This document shows positions 39,250-53,390 of a DNA stretch of 59,384 bases, piece by piece. Position 1 is the first letter of the stretch; every line of letters begins with the position of its first letter. The DNA is from Ancylonema sp. (taxonomy: Eukaryota). Below the pieces are notes generated by a model. It did not search any database and had not been told where the DNA came from. It saw only the letters and a program-made list of their open reading frames with translations. The stretch lies in contig JBFLGF010000169.1 in the NCBI GenBank assembly GCA_050230475.1, positions 1 to 59,384 on the forward strand, read 5' to 3'. A program made the position numbers and the translations under genes.

Positions 39250-39700
39250 GGGGGAGATGTGGGCGTCAGGAATAGTGTGAGGAGGGGTGGATGAGGTGGG
39301 GGGAACTTTGGGTTTCCCCTTTTGTGTTGTGTAGACGATTGTACGATAGGAGATCGGAATGATGACGACTAGAAGTGACCCGCCCGCCCGCATTCATTCA
39401 CTCCTTCATGTTGGTTGCAAGGTTGGGTACCAAGGAAGGCACAAGAGAAGGTGGAGCATAGAAGGAGTGGGATGCCATTTGAGCATGGAAGTAACCATTG
39501 ACTAACCAAAGAGATGGCATTGTGTAGAAGAGGTGGGAAAGATGAGCTGCATTTTTAAGAAATAGGAATGACGGCCAATACTGGTAGAATATGCATGTGG
39601 TGCTTGTATCGACACATATATGCACAAAGGACGAATCAACATATTGATCCAGATTTTCCCGTTAAACCAGAGTCTTCCACATCATTTATGAGTTATTGCC

Positions 39701-41076
39701 TCATTCATCAACACGGACAGGGCGGAGAATAAGGAACGCTGCGAGCCCAAAGAAGGGGAAAAACCGTAACACTCGTAACAATTCCACTCGCTCATCTTGC
39801 CCTCCCTCCCGTATCTCCTCCAAATTATCTTCCATCACCCAAGCCTGAAATGCAGTATACAAAAATAAATCCCACACGAATGCGTACGCTGGTCGATCTG
39901 TTGTGACATAATGAACGAGGTACTGCCACCGCTCCGCCACACGACCAAAGTCGCTCTCAGGGCGACCGAATGGCAACCACAGTAAAGATACCGCCCCCAC
40001 CACAGCCCCAATGGAGCCAATCAGCTTCGAATTCTTGGTCAACCCTTGACGGAGGGCGGATCCCAAAAAGTTTGGGCGGGCGGGTGGGGAATCCGGTCGT
40101 TCGTTGAGGCGCAATGCCATGTAGGGGAAAAGGAACACTGCAAGAGTGCACCACCCAAGAACCAAGAAACAAATGAATCATTCATTGCACCAAAGAGGAA
40201 AGAGTGAAGAATGAAGCAAAGAGTAGCATCCCAGCTGCGAGCGTACCATTTGTGAGGAACATTTGGGCGGACCAGATCGCCTCCACAGATCCTCCCCACC
40301 TCCCTCTCCGTCGGTCGTTCACCAGCAGCGGGCCAAACATGAGGCTCCACGCATTCACCAAGTTGAAAAGGGCTTCGGCGCTCTGCTCTAGCACCACAAT
40401 TAAAAGGATGAGCCGGGGACAGGTGGGGGGTGGCGACGAGGGAGGGGAGGGCGCACCGGGTGTAGGGTGGGCGCTTCCATCCCGTGGTACCCAACCGCGT
40501 TGGCCGCGGGGAGGAGGAAGAAGAAGTTGAGGGAGAGGTCGAGAAGGTCGGTCAGAGTTTGGCCCTGGATGGCCCACACAGGGTCGCCCTGGAGAACAGA
40601 ACAGAGGATGCGCCAGGAAATAAGAACGGGAGGCGCAAAGGTAGAGGTGAGAAGCGAGGTGTCCTCACCGGCGCAAATGGAAGTAGGAGCAGCCAGAGGA
40701 CGTAAATGGCAAAGCCACTCCAAACAAATCGCTGGAGGGTGGCGTCGGAAAGACGTGGGGGTGGGGGTGGCTCTGTGGCGCCCGACTGGGAACCTTGTCG
40801 CGCAGCACCACATTTACTGCTGCCATCTGGTTGCGCCCCGATGGCGCTCGGCGATGCGCCATACGGGCGCGAATTTGAGTGGGGAGATCTGAATCCGAGT
40901 GGACGGTCAGATGTGGATTTCCGAATGCTTCTAAGATACGCAGGAGCTACGCGGGAGTGGAAAACAGAGTTCGTCCTCTTCGCCTCGGATTGGTATGGCG
41001 AGAGGCGGTGGGGACCGCCACAAGCGTGTAGGCAGGAAATGGCGGGCAGGCGCAAACATGCATGCGCCATAGTCAT
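39701..41076 (-). CDS. Conserved plastid-type multipass membrane protein, 370 aa; exons 41076-40669, 40588-40457, 40382-40247, 40137-39701
   Basis: Four in-phase GT-AG exons; transit-peptide-like N-terminus; LLPFAPGDPVWAI, LSLNFFFLLP, HPSAEALFN, QMFLTNVFLFPYMALR, DRPAYAFVWD. Confidence 0.85.
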
Positions 41077-42458
41077 CCACCCAGAAATAACCCTTCTATT
41101 TCTTCACAAGTCAGAATGGATGGGAAAGTTCAATTAATTGCGACGCAATTCCATCATGAACGAGGTGACACGGTCGAACGGTAACGGTGCATGCACGGCG
41201 GTACAGGGTGCAGTGGACGATTCAGAATTGGGCCACACCCCAGAAGTTCGAGCGATCGAATCCGGCAGGAGATGTCGCACGGAAGGGTGGCAATGTGGTT
41301 ATGTGCTACCTGTGATCACGTTACTGCGGTTTTATGGCTCCTCCTCCTCCTCTGCCTAGTTCTAAAAACCCGCTTCGTAATTAGGGATATTTAAGCCGTA
41401 ATAAGGGTATAATAAGGATACGCCGAGGACGCACCCCTAAAAAAACGGAAATATAGAATCCATTTTAGTAACGAGGGTATGAGGGTATAATAAGGGAAAT
41501 TTAGGGGTGTTTCGCACCCCCCCCCGTCAATTTAGGGCCTATTGCTCTCCCAGTTATCGCAAAATAATACTTACTTATCGTAAAAGGAAATGTCGGACCA
41601 AATCTTACCGGTAAGTGCCCCAAGCGACACATGCCAACGTTGCCAATAATTTCAATGAGACATTGAGTTTGTAGGGAGATAGATGATGACGCATCGAGAT
41701 TGACTACTGTTAAAAAACTTATATAAATTCCACCACCTTATGTAGGCATGCCACATTCCCTCCCACTTGTCATGACATGTTTTTACTATTTTAGTATTTG
41801 TCCAACTTCGTGGTTGTAGATGATGAGAATTTCAAAATGTCAAAGTGTGGAGAAATGTGACAACAAATCTATTCACCGAGTGGTACGCAAATAGCGATGC
41901 CATCAATGGTTCTCGCTTTGCTCGTCACTTTGATGCTTTAGTGATTTTTTTACATTCCACGCACCACGCGCTATATTTTCCTTTCACGTTTGTTAAATGA
42001 GTAGTCCACAAAGAGATGTTGAGGGGAAACAACGATTTTTGTGATCTGAATGTTGTAGATGTAGATCATGCATGAATGATATAGTGAATGTGGTTGTTCA
42101 CGGGCTCCTAAAAAGGTAGTGAGTCCCGCTTTGTCTCGTTTCGACATATGTGCCTGAGTGACACATATCCATTCGAATGACAAGTTTTCAGGGGCACCAG
42201 TGTGTTCAAAGCCGTCTCAAGGCACCTTCGCAATTCAGCACTCTAGGGGTAACCCCTCATTTTGGTTTTCCGTTGATGTCCCTCCATAGCGCTATTGAGG
42301 GTCTCGTTTTTCATCCCTGGTCCGCAGGGCGAGAAAAAGTTGGCACTGTTTTCTAGAGAAGATAAATTCCTAGCACATAACCAAAATCCCACGATCTCGG
42401 AAAGAAAACAAAATCTCGATATACACGTGTGTAACCATATCGATGCTTCTTATGCTAC

Positions 42459-44040
42459 AGATGGCATTCGTGTGTTGGGGGCGCCTTTTGGGACGAACGA
42501 GTTTGTGCGAGGCTTCCTGGCAGCTGCGGCTTCTTGGCAGCTGCGTGGGAGGAAGATACGCGGGGTCTTCAACAATGATGCCTCCTTGAGGATCCGCACG
42601 TGGCCCTCCGCCTACTTACGCAGGTGTTTGCTGCTCGACCATCGTAACTGCTGCGTACTTGCCACCCTACTTCTTCCTTCCTCAACCAGCTCGGGGAGTA
42701 CGATGCGATAGAGGCAGATCTATTGGGCGGGGTGGTTGGTTGCACTTCGGACCATATTGGTTTGTCGCGTGACCAAGCTTGTTTGCCGATCGCCCGGGGG
42801 GGCGTGGTTTTGGTTCGTACTCGGGTTCTTGCCCCGGTTGCTGTTATTGGCTCTTATGCTCTCGCCGCGCCTGCTCTCGCATCAGCTTTCCAGCAGCACG
42901 GTTTATCATTCGGCCCGTTTTTCAGCACTGTGGACGAGGTTCTACGAACACAGATCGTGCTTCGAGAAACGCGACAACTTCTTCACCCAACAGCTCGCGC
43001 GACACTGCCTCCATATGCCACCTTGGCCGTGGCTTCTGTTCCTCACTTGCAGCCGACACTTCTTGATGCTACCCACGCTGTGCTGCGTTTGAGGTGCTTG
43101 TGGCGAGAGCACCGAGATCTCGCGACATCCAGGGCGAGGCTTCGCGGTCCGCCAGTGGACCCGGTGCGGGTCATTGGCTACAGGCGCGTCCCCCATCATT
43201 CCCTCCCTTCGTATCCCCCTTCCCCTATTCCTTACTGCCGTGCGCTTGCGCCTCGGGTTTCCCCACCCTTGTCTTGCTACCTATGATACGTGCGCGTGCG
43301 GCAACTCTATGGACGCCCTGGGTACGCATCTTATGCGCTGCAGTCGAGGGGGGGAGCGCACTTCATCTCATGACTCGGTGCGAGATTCCGTATATCACAT
43401 CCTCCGCGAGTCGGGTCCGCATGTTCAACGAGAACGTACGGGGTTTCTTCCGTCTTCCGCTCCGGGCGGTCGTGGGGGGCGAGTGGATATTGTTATTTCG
43501 GATGTGGTGGAGGGGCATATTTTGGTGGATGTGGTCATTGCTCACCCCACGCGGCGTGACTTGGTGGATCTCGCGGCTTGTCGAGGGTTGGTGGCCGCAT
43601 AAGATGCAGAACGGCGCAAAGAAACTCATTATCGTGATCGCGCGGCAGGGACCAAGTTTATCCCGTTTGCGTTAGAGGCGTACGGTGCGCTTTCCGATGC
43701 AAGCAATCGGTTATTGGTGGATTGTGCTCACCGTGCGGCGCAACTGAATAGGCGATCGGGGCGGAATGTTAGTTTGTTAGTTACTTGGTTTCGGCAGAGA
43801 GTTTCTGTTGCTTTACAACGTTCTCTAGCACATGCAATCCATGCTAGAACGTTGCGATTGGAAGAGGGTATGGCTCTGTTCCCCCCCCCCCCTCCGCGGG
43901 TGTTATTGTCGTCAGCAGAGTTAAGGATTGTTGCTCGGTTGTTTTAGGGTTGGGGTTGTTTTCCTTCTTCTGTTCCGTTAGGTTGGTACAATAACGTAAG
44001 TGTTGTACTCAGATGGGGTTCCCATCGTGCTTTAATAAAA
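42459..44040 (+). mobile_element. 5'-truncated non-LTR retrotransposon with restriction-like endonuclease (CRE-like clade)
   Basis: GIRVLGAPFG, LPIARGG, CACG..GTHLMRC..HDSVRD (CCHC), RVDI..LVDVVIAHP, FIPFALEAYG, FRQRVSVALQR; AATAAA at ~44034. Confidence 0.85.
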
Positions 44041-44889
44041 TGCGTCTCCTCTCATATTGATAGATTTAGAACGAAATTAATGTCGTTGTATCGAGAGATG
44101 AAGCAAATTGAAAAACCAAATGTGTTGCTTTCATGTCGACAATAAAATCTAGCCTCGGAATCATCATCCAATTCAGCCCGTGTTATGTGATACTAATCAA
44201 CGTACACAAAGTACACAAACAATTTAAATATATTCCAACAAACACAATACGATTCAGATGCTTTGTGTGCATCACTTGATTGTATATAGATTACAATCCC
44301 GTCACAACTTTCAACATGGCAAAACAAATCGACACACAAATTGACACTGACAAAAAAAAACGACCCCGAACCGATACAATTCAATTGTTATACATATCGG
44401 TATTTGCAAGAAATAGCGTTCTACACAACGTTTGACGACATTCGAAAAAAGTCTTTGTAGATGGTCGTTTTACTTGTATCGGGGGAAAATTTGTTATATT
44501 GATTTTTATAAGGTTAAAAAAATACTCGTAATATCGAGGTTGCTGTTATAAGGAGGGTCGTCACAACTAGGGGTTATTGTGACATCCTCACGAAGGCAAC
44601 AACATTTTGAAAAGGGTGTCCAAAAGGGTAGGCAAATATGCCATGACACAATGCTTGTCGGCATAGAAAAGAAGGTTTTCAATATTAAAAATATTTAGAA
44701 TAGGGGAAATCATTGACGGAATAACGAAGGGAACCCCCCATCTGAATACAAAGTGAAGAATGGCGAGAAGAGCAATCTCATAAGGCAGTAAGGTCGCACA
44801 TCTAAAGGAACCTAAAAGCAATACGGAACCGCTAACGAGATTGACCCGCGCGGGAGAGGGGGAAACAGTAACAGAAAACATTGTGCTCT

Positions 44890-45100
44890 ACTAACAACCG
44901 TGGAGGGTGGGATTCGCAATAACTATGTGAACAAGAGTGTGGCCTTCCACCAAAGCCAACATAATTATGTCGACCTTCCCCAACGAACCAGGGAAAATGA
45001 TGGTAAGAATTCCGTACGTTCCCGCACGATAGGAATCCCGTACGTTCCCGTACGTTTCCGCCGGGCATGCCGATCCAACGTGGGGATAAGGTGGTACACC
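44890..45100 (-). mobile_element. Second short CRE-like endonuclease fragment
   Basis: VRERTGFL and KVDIIMLALVEGHTLVHIVIANPT parallel the copy at 43420-43550. Confidence 0.6.
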
Positions 45101-46303
45101 CAACTCCGTACACATTGTCATGCGATAATAATTCATACATGAACTCTTCATGTCATGACCGAGGGCGAGGGGTGATTCAATATAACAAAATTCTTGACCT
45201 TCGTCTGTAGGGTTGGACTAGTGCGATTATTCATTCACCTCTACAAAGTGTAATTAAATGCAATCTCCCACTACCGTAACAAGGAACTGAACAACTTAAA
45301 CAGAGCGAAGTAAAATTATCATAAACAGCTTTCGTGTAACATACGCATTTGTACAAATTGCTTGACGACAATCATACAACATTATGTTTTCTCACTCACA
45401 TTTATTGGCAAGTTGCGTTCACCTTGAAGTGCATACAATCGCAAGTAGTAAGAAAAATGTCACTTGCCTTATTCCCAAGGAGATAATAGTAGGTAGGGGG
45501 GCAATGGATGCTATATTGATACTTTGACTACAAGTTCTGGAACGAAATCGTGTTGACAAGACGGATAAACGTGCCTTTCTTCTTCTCTCTACTCAACAAA
45601 TTTGTAATATTCGAGGTGGCGTTGTATTCTAGATCGCGAAACAAGTAGGGCGCGATATCGCGTGTCAATGTGCCTTTTTATTCGGAGTAACCAAGAATTT
45701 GCTTGGTCCGGAGGAGAGGTAGAAATGTTCTACAATAGTTTAAATGACTCTTGGTGGTTTCGTTGATTAGGGTATGCCAACAAAAGTTGCAATAGCGAGG
45801 ACACCACTGGTTGCGGGTTCTTTGAAAAAGGACCGACATGTAGCAATCAATTAGCCACATTATAAACATCGCTACATCGCGACAAGACCTATGAAAACAT
45901 GTGTTGCTAGTTTTGGACAAAGACAGCCTCCCACCTCTTTGCTTGTAAGAAGTGCACCTTCCAACATGTTGTAGAAATACGAAGACTTACTACATACTAC
46001 GAAGACTTAGTTATTTACATTGTACTGTGTGTCCTCTCTGGATTCATTGTAAAGACCCTTTAAAACACTCGGCTTTTTACTCATAAAAGTAATGTACCAA
46101 TTTCTGATGTCCTTGTTTGAATGTACTCCATTTGAGACCCTAGAGACACCCTAAGGGTCCACAATCATCACTTCTTGACATGTGGAAAATCAGTGATCGT
46201 GTTATGTACAACCATTATTTATACAAGGCATATAATGTCGCGAAGGCTGAAGGTAACCAAGCCTCAAAATTTTACATTATATTTACAACACAACAAATTG
46301 GCG

Positions 46304-48318
46304 TCAAATTTCCATTTCCCGCAATTCCTTGGCGGCATCCTCTGGAGCAACGGACTTCAAATGGCATCCGCTTCCGAGTTCGAATCCCCCCAACTCCACG
46401 AGATGCGCCACAATGCGCAGATTCCAATGGTAGTACGGAACGGCACATCGAGGGCTCTGCACACAACGACAAAGATTATTGGCGTACTAGCTACTAGTTA
46501 GTATTTGTTTGCACAAGTACTTTTGGCAATGATCACCCCTGGCCTAACTTTCCCTACACTTGAAATCGGTGAATGTGTGTTCAGATAACTCCAAGAAGTG
46601 ATTTGGCAAAGAAGAATCCACAATCATCTTCATTGTGCCTATTCCTGTAGGACCTATTCATAAACACACGACGCACTTTTCGGGATCGAATCTAAGTGGG
46701 GTGGAAAGACTTCTGAGTTTCCTGATTTTATGGCGCAAGCCGTGGATACTTTCGAATGGTATCATGTTGTGGATAACTTGTATAACGACCAATTGCCCAT
46801 CCGTACCTGGAGTGCTGCCGTGTGCATCATGTAGTTGTACGGAGGGTGGTCGAAAGCTTTGTTGAATTTGAGGAGGGTGAGCTTTAAGATTTTGGCCACA
46901 TCGTTGAGCTGCATGCGGTTCCCAAAAAGGGAAGGGGATGAATCGGTAGCAACATGCCAACATGGGGAAGAACATTTAAAACCATCCAACAAAAACCCTC
47001 GTTGGCATAACAAGCAATTTGTGCTTTGGGTGCGTTTCATGTAAATGAGGTTTGGTGGGAAAAAAATACATTTCTTATGGGCAACATATTTGTGCTGTAT
47101 TATTACTTTATATAAGAACCACATTTGTGAAGCCTTCATATCTTATATGAACAAATTTGCAACCTACAAGAACTCAGCCTTGCATTTCAGGGGAACCGAT
47201 CGATCCCATGATCATGATGATGATGATGATGATGATGATGATGGTGATGATAATGATGTGCACATCCCCCAACTTTGTGATTTTATAAAGAATCTTGACC
47301 TCTTCATCGGACGCGTCTTCAAAGTTCGATCGGTGCGTCTTGGGAAGGATCCTGAGTCAAAAGAAAGTGGTAGCGAACAAATGAACGGCCCACACATGGC
47401 ACCGCACTCGAATCGACACATTTATACACTTCCCAAACAAACGAAATATATATTTCAGTGGTCATAGAGGGAGGCACTCCACCTCCCCCCACTAGCCTCT
47501 CACCATGTTTCGTACGGAAACCTTGGGGCATACGGCGCCACCGACACGAACCAATCCGTTTCGTCCACGAGTCGGTGCGTCTTCTCCTCCCTCTCGTGCT
47601 CCACCATCTCGCAGAACACACACCGACCCCTTCGCTGCTCGTAGTACTTCCGCGCACCCTCCATCTCCTCCTCCACCCTTTGCGTGATGACGGGGAGGGC
47701 GATGAGTTGAGAGTGCGAGTGGCGCATGGACGCTCCCGCCGCGTTCCCGTGGTTCTTGAACACGTGGACGGACAGGAAGCGTGGATCTTTGCGGAAGTGG
47801 CGGATGCGGTCGCGGTACGCTCGGAACGTGTCCGCGATCTGATCCTCCCTCATATTCGGTTGGGTGGTCTCGTGGTACGTACTCTCCACCACCACCTCGT
47901 GGGCTCCGAAGGCTGCCAGGTGGCACCCTTCGTACACGGCTGCACTCGAATCGCTGGTGGTGGACAGGTGGGGGAGGGGGATTTGTGAGGAGGTGGGCAA
48001 AAGAGGTATCTTTCGTGATTTGTTTGATCGTACATTTTAGCCTTTTTGAACCACGACGCTTTCAGGAGTTTGTGGACGATATTCGAAAATGAGTTGCCAT
48101 GGTAAGTGCCAAAGATAAACTCACACGTGTGAGCACGGGTTGACCTCGAACGGGACCTTGTCGGAGGCAGCCGGGTAGAGGTTAGGGACCACACGGGTAC
48201 GCCACGTGGCAGAATTCGGCTCCCCTGCGTCTCTGTACGCCAACACTTCTGGACCCGTGCTGACCTCGTGGCCCAAACAGAAGTTGCACGGACCAGGAGT
48301 CACGCGCATGGCGTCGCC
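46304..48318 (-). CDS. GalT-like ADP-glucose phosphorylase / Gal-1-P uridylyltransferase family; exons ~48318-48126, 47953-47504, 47351-47300, 46908-46807, 46456-46304; first exon unresolved
   Basis: CNFCLGHE, RVVPNLYPA, FGAHEVVVES, FKNHGNAAGASMRHSHSQ (HxHxQ), CVFC, PYETWILPK, PPYNYMMH, YYHW, LGGFELGSG..PEDAAKELR*. Confidence 0.9.
47209..47258 (+). repeat. (GAT)n microsatellite in an intron
   Basis: Run of TGA/GAT triplets. Confidence 0.9.
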
Positions 48319-49698
48319 TCTGCACAGGGAGGGGGCTCATAGCTCAGAGTGGGAACACAATGGCCTCATGGAGATACGCTTCGATGCAGCAGCTGATGCG
48401 AAGAAACAGACATCTCTTTCTGATCTATAGAACAGTTTGACCTGTGGTAGGTATGATCTCTAGGGAATAGTCGCCGCTTCAAATTCAAATCATCTATCGT
48501 CACTTTTCTCGGCCACCACTTCTCTTTCCATGCATCGTCAAAGTCCTGTCAGTACACAACGTCCTAAAAGTTGCCTGTCAGATCGGGTCCTCAGGCCCTT
48601 GAAGCCGTTTCACTGTTGAATATGCCCCCCCTCCGAGCCACCCACCATCAGCGACAATTATCATGCTCTAGATAGCTAACACAATCGCCAGCAACTGAAA
48701 TTAATTGCATTGGATTCGACAGATTCAATGCCATACATTCATGTTTCAAAGGACAATCGTCGTAGACTGCAGTCTACTCAAATCGATACAATCATTTTGC
48801 AAGATCGTCATTCAGCATTTTTCAGGGTTTACGAAGGCACCGGTGAGCGCACTGGACAAAATCATGGGGTCTTGTCCCTCGTGCTTTGGATATTATTATC
48901 CAGCGTCCCACGATGGGATCTTTCCGCAACTCTGACATGTCCTCGACAGGCTTTGAAAGCGATCAGTCGTCTCCGGTATAATGGCGGAGAACTGGAGACG
49001 TATTCGTTTAGCGGAGGCGCCATTTGGGCCATGCAAATCGGAAGGTGGTTCTGCATGTCTTTGCACACGTGGTTCTGCCCCCTGACACGAGTACGTCATT
49101 ATTGGCTGCGCGCGCACCCCGTGACGCGTGCTGGAGCGAAGTCTTCTGGTCAATGACGTCGCTGTACAGTGTAGAGTCTCGATATAGTGAAAATTTTAAT
49201 TTCATAGTTGGCTTCGCCCCGGGCGGAATATTTTTCGCCCGGAACACCGCCCGGGACAGTTTCGCCCGGGGCGAAAGTCGGGACGGAATTTGCGGGGCGG
49301 GGCCATAGGCCAAAATACCAAAAAACAAAAATTGCCGCAATGCGGAGATATGGCTGGGTTTGTCAAAAACCGACTTCTTGCACAATGTGCACCATACGCC
49401 ACAAGTCCGACATCATCTAATGTCACCCATGAGTCCGACTCCGTTGCGTGGTGTGGTGTAATGCGATTTAAAAAAAAACAAAAAAACAAAACTTGAGAAA
49501 GACAAGAATATTATACGGGTAAAGATGGGAGGAGGCGTACTTAGTGCTATAAAATATTGAATACTTGTAGGATTTGAATTTTAAAAAGATGTTCATGATC
49601 TACGTGGTCTTGGGATCCTTTTACGAAAACCTAAAAATCTCCGGGCGGGGAATTTTCCGCCCGGAGCGCCGCCCGGGGTTATCGAATTGCACGATTTA

Positions 49699-50705
49699 CA
49701 ATTGAACCCTCGATATAGTGACATTTTTTGAGAAACGGTGGGGGGCACTACCTTAACTACACCATTATTGCGATGTTAGTAGCCTAAAAGAATCAGTAAA
49801 AAAATGTATTACAACTGTGATTATTACGTAAATCTCATTTTGGGTGTAAAAACACTAAAAAATACGAAAAATCCGGAAAAATAGTTTATGGGGGTTGAAG
49901 TTTCTTACAACGAAGTGTCTTATATCGAGGTTTGATTGTGTCGAGTGCGCGTACACTTGTATAATGACATTTGTTCAGGCTACGTTGGGGCAAATGTACC
50001 TCTCTCGGAGGTACATTTGGGAGGTGACTTTTAGTTATCACATTGTGCGCACTCAAAGATACCGAAAGAAACCCGATATCATTCACATTGGTTAATTCCT
50101 TAGAAGGCCTAATCATTCGAAAAATATTATTAAAAGCAATTTCATTTCTTTTATTTTTGAATTTTGCATGAAGGTGTCCCGGATCATTGCCAAAATTCAT
50201 TGATAATACTACCGGATTCTCGGAATCATTGTCACGAGTCACTTCGTTTCAAAAAAAGAGGTTTGATTAAGTCGCACTTCGTTTTTTGAGCCATCGGTTC
50301 AGATTCGCAAGAAGGTGGGTCATCTACACGGCGTTCTAGTATCCACTCGGTATAGTTGTACTTGTCTAAAACAATAATGTCGGGAAAGGAAACAAAATGT
50401 CAATTTAGATAGGTTATTCATTTTCGCGTGAGATTATGGATGAAAACCGCGATATCGGGCGGATTTATATCACATGAGACACGTTTTTTATTTGCACAAT
50501 ATTAGATCATACACGTTTCACTATATAGTGACATCGCAATAGAAGAATCTGGGAATTGTTTTTATTATAACACTAACAATTTTCACTTAACGATTGTCAC
50601 TAATTATAGTGGATTTTTAAATAGATTTAAAAAAAAGGGGAAAAAGAAAAGACATTGCATCGAGATAGTCACTGTAGAGCTCGTCACTACATCGAGAGTT
50701 CAGTG
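49699..50705. mobile_element. Tc1/mariner-pogo-type non-autonomous element (related ends at ~26702, ~31030, ~49166)
   Basis: Imperfect TIRs CAATTGAACCCTCGATATAGTGAC / GTCACTACATCGAGAGTTCAGTG with TA on both flanks. Confidence 0.6.
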
Positions 50706-51899
50706 TACAACGATATATAGTGAGGACGTTTGGCAATCACGGACCTCAATGCGCGATTACTTGTGGTAATAGTGAAATTCTAGATTTAGCTGAACATATA
50801 AAGTTTGGAACCGTACTAGCCATACATAATGACCCGGGTTTTTGTAAATGACTTAATTTAGCTAATGAACCACCATATGACCCACCTGCGCACCCAATAG
50901 GGAACTCCAAACTCGTGAGATATATATACATCGGGCGACCCACATTATAGAATGGCCCACTTTGTACATAAATTATTTGCTCAAAATGACCTAACCCGCT
51001 TTGCTTATTATTAGTTGAGAGTCATTATTATGTATGGCAACTACGACACATCGAAGTCTGGATGCGTCCGGGCCCCGGACGCATCAGGGACCCAACTATG
51101 GAGGGGTAGATTACACAGCGATGTAATGGAAATTCCGAACATTTTTTTTTTTGTACAAGTGATTCGCAGCAAAACGTGCCCATTGTGAGGGAAGAGCAAA
51201 CCCATCACTTTGATAATTGATTTTGTGCACGAACATTAAACATTGTATCTCACAATGTGGTCCGGGGTCCAACCTTGGTAAACTTAGTGACATGAATTCA
51301 CAAATCACGCTTTGTAAAAGAATGATGTGTCATTGCGCCTCTCACGTAGATGAAAACTCTATTGATTACGCGGACGAGAATTCGTAAAAAAATGGTGGGA
51401 TGTTACACCTTACGTAAAACGCGTGCAAAGAAAATAAATACCAATTGCGTAAGTGCATACTTGGACTCCAGTCGCGAATTTTTCTTTTTCTTTTTTGTTC
51501 ATGTTGTGCCAATGCGCCGGTGCCGAACATTCCATACGCACACCAAACAACAAATGTTTTCAAACGCGTTTCGAATGCCCTCGACTTGTTTGGAGCACAC
51601 TAGGCCCAAAATCAACTCAATATGAAGATTCCCCATTGTCATTGGTCTAAGATCTGACCCACCGCGGACTACATTGCTAGAAAGACACACTGGTGATTCC
51701 CCCTTCCTCACAAATGAAAGTGCTCAGTGAAAGTGGGATCCACTGTCATACACAAATTTCAATTGTAGTGTGATCTACCCTAGTTGATATCTACTCCCCC
51801 TTGCTGGTGACTACTTGGATGGTAGGCAAGTGTTGAAATCCCTTGGCAAGACCCTGCAACGCTACCTCTCTCTCTCTTTCCACTCCACCTTTCATGGCG

Positions 51900-53390
51900 C
51901 TTGAGGTACAACAAGGGGCATATAGACATTGCGTTCTTCAACGCATACAATATAAAGGAGAGGTAAGGAGGACCAAGATCGCATGTTGAGCTTCAATCTA
52001 ACCAATCTCATGCATTGTCGCCTAATATGCCCCATGGAGAAGCCCCGGGATTATGCAAGGGATGCGGGATACCTACCCACGGATGCCACCATTTCATCTG
52101 CCATACAACCCAGGAGGGGAGGAAGAAGGGGTAGGGCTCGCGTGCCACACCGTATCTCGGAATTAATACTCTCGATTTGGATAGAGTCCGTCCTGAGACC
52201 TGCGTCCTGAGTCCTGCGAACCTTCCTCAGTTCCAGCAACACCTTCTCCTCCACTGCACAATCAAAACACCTCCTGGACTGGTAGAACGCAGGAGAGGGG
52301 AAGACACCAGTGAGTGGACCACACTAGAACAAGCCAGTTGTGAAAAGGGAAGACAATGGAGTGTGGTGTCGGCTTCAGGGGCATCACCATTTCGTTCATG
52401 GATGCCTGCAGCCCCCCCAAAAGCACCCAGTCAGGACCAGCGGACCAATCACACCAGACTGCCAAATTCGTTGTGTGATTATTTACCTCAGGTTTTTCAC
52501 CTCCATCGGCACCTCCCATCGCGACTCACACAGCTTCTTCTCCGCAGCCTTCACGAAGTCTTCAATATCGGACAAGTAGCAATCCCAGAAGTCGTATCTT
52601 GTGTGCCCCTCGAACAGCGTCACAAACCCGGCAAGGAATTGCTTCGGGACGAAGGGTTTGAAGAGGTCACTGAGGTCTGAGAAACAACACAACCACGCAA
52701 CGATGACGACGGGCCACAAATCCAGTCCCTCCGACGATCTGATACCCGAAGATGCCCAGCAGCACTAAAAAGAAGGAGGCATGAAGTCGAGCACTGTTCA
52801 TCACAACTCCGGGAACAGGACAATACGGCAGACCTACGCGCTTATAGAATTTGCAGCTACAGGGGTACGGCGCACCGTACCGTCGGGTGTCCATGGCTGA
52901 ATCCAGTTTTTGCTGTCGTCTGCGAAGGAAACAGATCGCCGCAGACCGAGGTCATACAAGCAGCAGGGGTGGGAGGAGAGCTTAGCGCACAAGGTCTTCC
53001 TCTCACCTTTATGTATAATCCTCAAACCACGAAAATCCACTTCTGCGTTTGCTATAAGGACCAAGTCGGGGGCCATCTCCCTCAAAAATTGCCTAGATAT
53101 TCATCGGGAATGACGAGCAGCGTTGCGGGGGAGAACCGATCGAAGGCGCGCGCAGTCTCTTCGGCCTGTCGACGATCACAGAAAATATGCTTCAGAGCCT
53201 CGGGACCGTTTACTTCTCCCTTGATGCGGAGCTTTCCCCACGCCGGGGTGGTAAAAAAAACTGGAAGTTTACTTTCCTCTGTCACAAGGTAATCTCTGAC
53301 GAGGAGATGCTTCCATAACAGAAAGCCGCGGAAGCACTCACCGATGTTTTCTGAGCACAAGTCGGTGACAGGTAGAACATGCGCAGTCGG
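51900..53390. mobile_element. Unknown repeated element, copy 2 (inverted relative to copy 1)
   Basis: Homologous to 22170-23800 on the opposite strand. Confidence 0.65.

Noticed and set aside
45400..45990. Additional gene downstream of the GalT-like gene
   Set aside because: Only short ORFs with stops, and no family recognised.
22170..53390. One giant element with long TIRs formed by the two inverted unknown repeats
   Set aside because: The copies are considerably diverged and coding-like, their outer ends do not align, and no TSD was seen.
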